DNA of 64,000 nt from Octopus vulgaris (lineage: Eukaryota). Where the stretch lies: contig OX597833.1 in NCBI GenBank assembly GCA_951406725.2, forward strand, positions 63,178,001-63,242,000, read 5' to 3'. The notes beneath the pieces were generated by a model, which saw nothing but the letters and a program-made list of their open reading frames with translations, was not told the origin of the DNA and did no database searches. Shown here piece after piece: positions 55,748 through 64,000 of this stretch; the stretch's first letter is position 1; every line of letters begins with the position of its first letter. The translations under genes were made by a program, and so were the position numbers.

Positions 55748-56990
55748 TGTATGTATGTATGCATGTATGTTGTGTATGTATGTATGTATGTATGTATGTA
55801 TGTATGTATGTATGTATGTATGTATGTATGTATGTATGTATGTATGTATGTATGTATGTATGTATGTATGTATGTATGTATGTATGTATGTATGTATGTA
55901 TGTATGCATGTATGTATGTATGTATGTATGTATGTATGTATGTATGTATGTATGTATGTATGTATGTATGTATGTATGTATGTATGTATGTATGTATGTA
56001 TGTATGTATGCATGTATGCATGCATGTATGTATGTATGTATGTATGTATGTATGTATGTATGTATGTATGTATGTATGCATGTATGTGCATGTATGTATG
56101 TATGTATGTATGTATGTATGTATGTATGTATGTATGTATGTATGTATGTATGTATGTATGTATGTATGTATGTATGTATGTATGTATGTATGTATGTATG
56201 TATGTATGTATGTATGTATGTATGTATGTATGTATGTATGTATGTATGTATGTATGTATGTATGTATGTATGTATGTATGTATGTATGTATGTATGTATG
56301 TATGTATGTATGCATGTGTGTATGTATGTATGTATGCATGTATGTATGTATGTATGTATGCATGTATGTATGTATGCATGTATGTATGTATGTATGCATG
56401 CATGCATGCATGTATGTATGTATGTATGCATGTATGTATGTATGTATGTATGTATGTATGTATGTATGTATGTATGTATGTATGTATGTATGTATGTATG
56501 TATATATGTATGCATGTATGTATGTATGTATGTATGTATGTATTATGTATGTATGTATGCATGTATGTATGTATTATGTATGTATGTATGTATGTATGTA
56601 GGTATGTATGTATGTATGTATGTATATATGTATGCATGTATGTATGTATGCATGTATGTATGTATTATGTATGTATGTATGTATGTATGTATGTATGTAG
56701 GTATGTATGTATGTATGTATGTATGTATGTATGTATATATGTATGCATGTATGTATGTATGTATGTATGTATGTATGTATGTGTATGTATGTATGTATGT
56801 ATGCATGTATGTATGTATGAATGTATGTATGTATGAATGTATGTATGTATGTATGTATGTATGTTTGTATGTATGAATGTATGTATGTATGTATGTATGT
56901 GCATGTGTGTGCATGTATGTATGTGCGTCTGTATGTATGTATTATGCATGCGTGTGTATGTATATATGATTGTATATGTAGGTATATATG
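55748..56990. repeat. ~1.2-kb (TATG)n microsatellite
   Basis: Directly visible. Confidence 0.97.
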
Positions 56991-57229
56991 TATCTATAAT
57001 GACAAAGAGAGAGAGAGAGAGAGAGAAAGAAAGAGAGAGAGAAAGAAAAAAGAGAGAGAGGGAAATCCGCACAAAAACTTACGAAAAATTAATTATCGAA
57101 CTATTATGCAATTACCTCTGGAACACGTGCTATAAATATGCTATAAATAATCTATTTATAAGATATTGTTTCCTATTTACACAGGTGCTCGTGTATGTGA
57201 ATCAGCATGCATATATATATATATGTATT

Positions 57230-57300
<71 letters not shown>

Positions 57301-57301
57301 A

Positions 57302-57817
<516 letters not shown>

Positions 57818-58190
57818 ATATATATAGCTAACGCTGCATTCTGCAATTATACGTTAATATAGAAAAACACTTTACTTTTTAAATGATTTTATTCCAGACA
57901 AGGCTTGAAGCCCCTGTAATGAAAGGGACTACAAAGAAGAAGGAAAGAGGAACCTAGAAATTTGTAAGATATCGATGGACAGAACGCTTAAAGGACTAAA
58001 TATCGTTGACCAGATGAAAACTTGATGGAAATGAGTTCGAGAGAGCAGCAGTTCGAAGAAAGAAGTTACTAGAATAAGGGGTCTCGTAACTAACAAAAAG
58101 CTCAACGGAGAAACGATGTGCGTAGGAAGAAAAGCGATCTTGACTGAGGATTCTAGCTTAGAAAGGTCACCGGAGCAATGACCACGGAAA

Positions 58191-58854
58191 TCTATATATA
58201 TAAAGCTGAAGCTGTCTGTGTGTGGCAGGTTTGGTAGCCTTCAACTAACACTATCTCCTCCGAGACCCTGCGGCGCAAGTTGACCAAAATTGAAAGTATG
58301 ATAGAAGAAAGCTTGCTCTTCATTCCGTAGAAGATAAAATTCAAATCAGACCATGTCAACACCAAAATTATTTACATCAAAAAGGTGCTTTTTTTTCTAT
58401 GAAAATCCTTATTTTTTACGATTTATAAAACTGAAGTTGTCTGTGTGTGGCAGGTTTGGTAGTCTTCAACTAACACTATCTCCTCCGAGACCCTGCGGTG
58501 CAAGTTGACCAAAATTGAGAGTTTGATAGCAGAAGGCTTGATCTTCGTTCCGTAGAAGATAAAATTCAAATCGGACAATGTTAACACCAAAAATTATTTA
58601 CATCAAAATGGTGCTTTTTTTCTATGAAAATCCCTACTTTTTGCGATTTTTTGACTGCTGTGTCGCCATTTTTCGGTGTATGTCAACCAGAAAAATGTTC
58701 ACTTAAAGAGAATAACAAGCTACATAATGCAAACATTTTTACTTTTCAAAAAAGATTGAAACAATGTCAAAACTTTGTTTAACTTGACTTCAAAGTCTGT
58801 CATTTTAAGCGCAACTAAAAAAATAAACCCGAGCAACGCCGGGCTATACTGCTA
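58191..58854 (+). mobile_element. Non-autonomous Helitron with an internal ~225-bp tandem duplication
   Basis: Starts A|TCTATATATATAAAG and ends with the hairpin CCCGAGCAACGCCGGG followed by CTATACTGCTA|T. Confidence 0.85.
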
Positions 58855-59611
58855 TACAAAAATCGGTGTTATTGATAAATACACAAAGTAGAAAAGATCT
58901 TATAACTTGACTATTCGGTGCTTCACTCTCTTCCCGAAACGTTCCTCGTAGCATGTCAGCTTTTATTTCTATGAGTCGATAATCCAATTCCAGAATCCAA
59001 TTCTCCATTTCCCGAGAAAGACGAGCTGTTAATGTCTACCCCTCGGTCCTTCTAGCAGCGCAGAAAAAAAAAAAAAAACAGAAATGAGAATAAATTCGGC
59101 ACCAGTAAATTACTGGAATTTATTTTATCAACCAGGAAGGACGAGAAATAACATCAATGATGATTTTAAACCTCAGGCGTAAAGATCCAGAACGTATATA
59201 CAACCAGGCGTCTTTCTGCCCGCTCGCCTGTCGAGCCTTTTCACATGACTACAGTGTGTTTATATTTGCTACGAAGCATTTACTTTATCGATGCATTAGT
59301 TGTCGCATATAGCAATCATGTGCTGCTGTTAAAAACATAAAAGATTCAAAAGAAAATACTATATGCGACGAGCGAAAACCTACAAAGAATACCTATTACG
59401 GTTTCTGTCAGAGTGGTATTATGGCCGTTGATGGTGGCGCAAGACAAGTAACACTTAAAAGTGTGATTCCTGACAAACTAGAATTTAACCAATTTATCGA
59501 AAGACGCGGATTCTAATGGCGTAGTCAGCCAATACAAGACATTCCACACACGCACACACACACACACACACATACACACACACACGCACACACACGCACA
59601 CACACGCACAC

Positions 59612-59763
<152 letters not shown>

Positions 59764-60176
59764 ACAGAATTGCACACATACACATACCACTGCCGCATTG
59801 AAATATGGAAACAAGTTAGCAAATATTACATGCGTTAAAATATATTTGGTTTCGCAATAAAGGTTTGCTGCTTGGTTCGGCCTTGTTTGCTTTTTTCCTG
59901 TTTTTCTTTCATTTCTGTCATGTTTTCCTTTCTTTTGCTAGCAAAAAAAAAAAAAAAAAAAAAAAAAAGAATCCAATTTGGCGAAAATCTGATTTGTTTC
60001 CAGCGCGATCGTGATAGCCACCACTTCCGGCGAAGACACGTCAGTCGTGAATGAAAACTACGTTGATTGGTTACAGATAATCGTGTGTGGTTATATGTTC
60101 GGCGATACCTAGACGTGATTAAATGGGGGATAACTACAAGCAATATTCAACGGAAATATGGAGAAATATATATATA

Positions 60177-60225
<49 letters not shown>

Positions 60226-60480
60226 TATGAATAGATTCGCGTAAACCATGGTCCGTTTTGTTCTCTTACTTTATTATCATCTTATGATCATCTCATAACA
60301 ATGACTTTTATGACTCGTATTACTACCTCAGTCAATCTAAATGTATATATTTGTCGTTACCTGTCATAAATAGCCTTTTTTTATTTACAATGTGCATTTT
60401 CATTGATTTTTCATATTTTACCCTTACATTTCCACGTGTATTTTATATTTTCTTTTCGTAACATATTTCTACTATATCTA

Positions 60481-60591
<111 letters not shown>

Positions 60592-60766
60592 ATATATGTG
60601 TGTGTGTGTGTGTGTTGAGGTTATAAGAGCTAATGGTGTCATTGAGACCCAAAGGTGTCAGGTAATGCTGAATAAGTGCTATAGACAGACCATAGTTAAG
60701 TTCCAGATTCGGTAATATTGCGAATAAAGGGTTCAACGTTGGTTCTATGTCAGCGTGTGTATATAA

Positions 60767-61108
60767 GAATTTTTTGTGTAATGAGATAAAAAACCAAGGC
60801 TGTATAGATATTAGAGCATTTATAGATAGAATATTGGAATGTTACACATATATACCATAATGCCTATAAAACTGATTTATGAACTCAATACCCATACATA
60901 CCTTACATCTGTTTTCTTTCCTCCACCTCACTCTCTATTTGTATCACATCGAAACTAACTATGACTTATTTTTTCCTCTCACACCGTCTCCGATGAAGGG
61001 ATATTATTATTAATAAATATCCTAGAAACAGCTGTAAGACCTTCTATCTATAAATGCTCTAATATCTATACAGCCTTGGTAATTTTTATCTCACTACACA
61101 AAAAATTC
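60767..61108 (+). mobile_element. Fold-back PLE terminus (family P5) with HHR at 60986-61040, ending in (TA)n
   Basis: 60767-60830 is the reverse complement of ~61043-61108. GTCT-CCGATGA-AGGGATATT...AATATCCTA-GAAA-CAGCTG-TA-AGAC. Confidence 0.78.
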
Positions 61109-61119
61109 CTATATATATA

Positions 61120-61217
61120 TCTATCTATATATATAAAACTGAGAATATGTGTCTGTCTGTCTGTCTGTCTGTGTGTTTCCCTAAATCTTGAGAACTACAC
61201 AACCAATTTCATTCAAA
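61120..61217 (+). mobile_element. Helitron-like 5' end fragment
   Basis: TCTATATATATAAAACTGAG followed by (TCTG)n, similar to the 58191 start. Confidence 0.45.
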
Positions 61218-61678
61218 CATACATACATACATGAATACATACATACATACATACATACATACATACATACATACATACATACATACATACATAAATACAT
61301 ACATACATACATACATACATACATACGCATTTTTGCCTTTATATGTAGTCTCTGGTGAGTAAAAATTAGCTCTGGGCGTGTGGGTTTGAATGGGGTGTTA
61401 ATTAAGTTTTTGCTGCCAGTTGCTATGGAAAGGTGTTTTGGAAAAAATCTTTTATCAATTAAATTTGCGGTTATGTTATTGTTAAAAAAAACACAATATT
61501 CACGAATGCAGAACTTCGTAAACAAGCGTGTAGGTGTTTCTCTTTTGTTAAGTAGACACAAGGTGTGACAGTATTTTTGTTGCTTTTCCTTTTACTTGAT
61601 TTAATCCTTTTACTTTGACAATATAAAGGCTAAAGAAACAAAGGCCTGAATTTAAACCTTAGTTAAGTGTATTGATTA

Positions 61679-62310
61679 CTAGCAGTATAGCCCGGCGTTG
61701 CTCGGGTTTGTTTTCTTTTCGACCCTTTAAAATTGGAATTTTTGAAAAGTAAAAATTTTGCATTATGTAGCTTGTTATTCTCTTTAACTGAACATTTTTC
61801 TGGTTGAAATACACCGGAAAATGGCGACACAGCAGTCAAAAAATCGTAAAAAATAGGTATTTTCATAGAAAAAAAAGCACCATTTTGATGTAAATAATTT
61901 TTGGTATTAACATGGTCCGATTTGAATTTTATCATCTACAGAAATGAAGAACAAGCCTTCTTCTATCATACTCTTAATTTTGGTCAACTTGCGCCGCAGG
62001 GTCTCGGAGGAGATAGTGTTTGTTGAAGTCTACCAAACCTGCCACACACAGACAACTTCAGCTTTATAAATCGTAAAAAATAAGGATTTTCATAGAAAAA
62101 AAAGCACCTTTTTGATGTAAATAATTTTTGGTATTAACATGGTCCGATTTGAATTTTTTCTTCTACGAAATGAAGAACAAGCCTTCTTCTATCATACTCT
62201 TAATTTTGGTCAACTTGCGCCGCAGGGTCTCGGAGGAGATAGTGTTTGTTGAAGGCTACCAAACCTGCCACACACACACACAGATAACTTCAGCTTTATA
62301 TGAATGTAGA
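61679..62310 (-). mobile_element. Non-autonomous Helitron, same family as 58191-58854
   Basis: Minus strand has a TC start, the same internal duplication, and a hairpin plus CTAG|T end. Confidence 0.88.
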
Positions 62311-62660
62311 CAGGAAGTAAGTTTAGGCTGGTCGTATTTCCTGTTTTCATTTGTAAGCTTGGGGTTATTAACCAGGCGTTTCATATCTTTGCTAATGTAC
62401 GACATTGTTTCTCTTACGCTTCGATGTTCACAGAAGTATTTGAATAAAGGTTGTATGTTTATATGTTTTCTCCGTAGGTGTTCATTGTTCTATCAGCCAT
62501 ATGGTTAGTATATAGGGATTTTGAACTTCCTGTCTTGAGGAGGTAGGGTCCATTTAGTGTCTCTTTATAAAGTTTCTTCCAGTTCTGTTCTAGATATATG
62601 TTTAGTGGGGCTGATATAGAAGCTGTGTATATATTCATGTATAAAAATGGGGACAAACTA
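62311..62660 (-). mobile_element. Possible L1/Tx1-like ORF2 remnant (a similar Cys/ET motif lies at ~61330-61600)
   Basis: NWKKLYK...H.A.RT...YFC...ET resembles the zinc-binding region downstream of the RT. Heavily decayed. Confidence 0.35.
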
Positions 62661-62809
62661 TAATATATTTCAATTAACTAAAAAAGATAAAAGGGAACGG
62701 TTTTTTCCGTGGTGGGCGGATCTTCAAGGTGCCACACGCATTCTTAGTAGCTTAGAGTAGGCTCGAATTAGAGATTATTCTTTGTGGCTAATGGCGTGAG
62801 TCCTGATTG

Positions 62810-63796
62810 GAAGAAGAAGAAGAAGGGGGAGAAGAAGAAGAAGAAGAAGAAGAAGAAGAAAAAGAAGAAGAAGAAGGAGGAGGAGGAGAATAATAATAAT
62901 AATAAGGAGTAGAAGAAGAAGAAGAAGAAGAAGGAGGAGAAGAAGAAGGAGAAGAAGAAGAAAAAGAAGAAGAAGGAGGAGGAGGAGGAGGAGAAGAAGA
63001 AGGCGAAGAAGGAGAAGAAAAAGAAGAAGAAGAAGAAGAGAAGAAGGAAGAAGAAGAAGAAGAAGGAGAAGAAGGAGGAGAAGAAGAAGAAGAAGGAAAA
63101 GAAGGAGAACAAGGAGAAGAAGAAGAAGAAGAAGAAAAAGAAGAAGAACAAGAAGGAGAAGAACAAGAACAAGAAGAAGAAGGAGGAGGAGGAGGAGGAG
63201 AATAATAATAAGAAGAAGGAGTAGAAGAAGAAGAAGAAGAAGGAGAAGAAGAAGAAGAAGAAGAAGAAGAAGAAGAAGGAGAAGAAGAAGAAAAAGAAGA
63301 AGGAGGAGGAGGAGAAGAAGAAGAAGAAGAAGGAGAAGAAGAAGAAGAAGAAGAAGAAGAAGAAGAAGAAGAAGAAGGAAAAGAAGGAGAACAAGGAGAA
63401 GAAGAAGAAGAAGAAAAAGAAGAAGAAGAAGGAGAAGAAGAAGAACAAGAAGAAGAAGAAGAAGAAGAAGAAAGAGAAGAAGGAGAACAAGGAGAAGAAG
63501 AAGAAGAAGAAGGAGAAGAAGAAGGAGAAGAAGAAGGAGAAGAAGAAGAAGAAGAAGATGAAGAAGAAGAAGAAGAAGAAGAAGAAGATGAAGAAGAAGA
63601 AAATGAAGAAGAAGAAAATGAAGAAGAAGAAGAAGAAGATGAAGAAGAAGAAGAAAAGGAAGGAGAAGAAGAAGGAGAAAAAAAGAAGAAGAAGGAGAAG
63701 AAGAAGAAGGAGAAGAAGAAGAAGAAGAAGAAGAAGAAGAAGAAGAAGAAGAAAAAGTAGAAGAAGAAGAAGAAGAAGAAGAAGAAGAAGAAGAAG
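62810..63796. repeat. ~1-kb (GAA)/(GGA) polypurine tract with higher-order duplications
   Basis: Directly visible. Confidence 0.96.
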
Positions 63797-64000
63797 CATC
63801 TGGCTGTTGGCTGTTGTATATCCACACACATCTAAAGGTTTTCGGGTGTAAACTATTATTGGAACTGCAACATAGAACTGTGAGAGTCTCTGATTTTTGT
63901 TTTATTCCAGTCTTTAGCTCAACCACTTAATATTTAAATGTACCGCCATCTTGACAGCAAAAATCGCGACAATTAATAACATTTTAAATTGGATTTTTTT

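Overview
This is AT-rich eukaryotic genomic DNA that is almost entirely non-coding. It is most likely an octopus (coleoid cephalopod) intron or intergenic region; this is inferred from the SINE families and the extreme microsatellite density. Almost all ORFs in the supplied track are translations of simple repeats, and no host protein-coding gene can be supported. The window holds many microsatellites, four or more tRNA-derived SINE families, decayed LINEs (R4/Dong-like, RTE, L1/Tx1-like, CR1/L2-like), fragments of mariner and Merlin transposases, hAT/Tc1 MITEs, Helitron- and Helentron-like elements, and a decayed tRNA-Asn. The strongest hidden signal is a set of short Penelope-like element (PLE) termini, mostly lodged in (TA)n tracts and often folded back as inverted repeats. 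Each carries a minimal hammerhead-ribozyme (HHR) motif, and several have non-canonical cores (U3-A8, U4G, U4C, A6U, and a permuted GAAA-before-CUGANGA arrangement). One is a near-perfect ~800-bp-arm palindrome whose centre encodes a GIY-YIG endonuclease C-terminus. All family calls are by eye; no database searches or folding programs were run.
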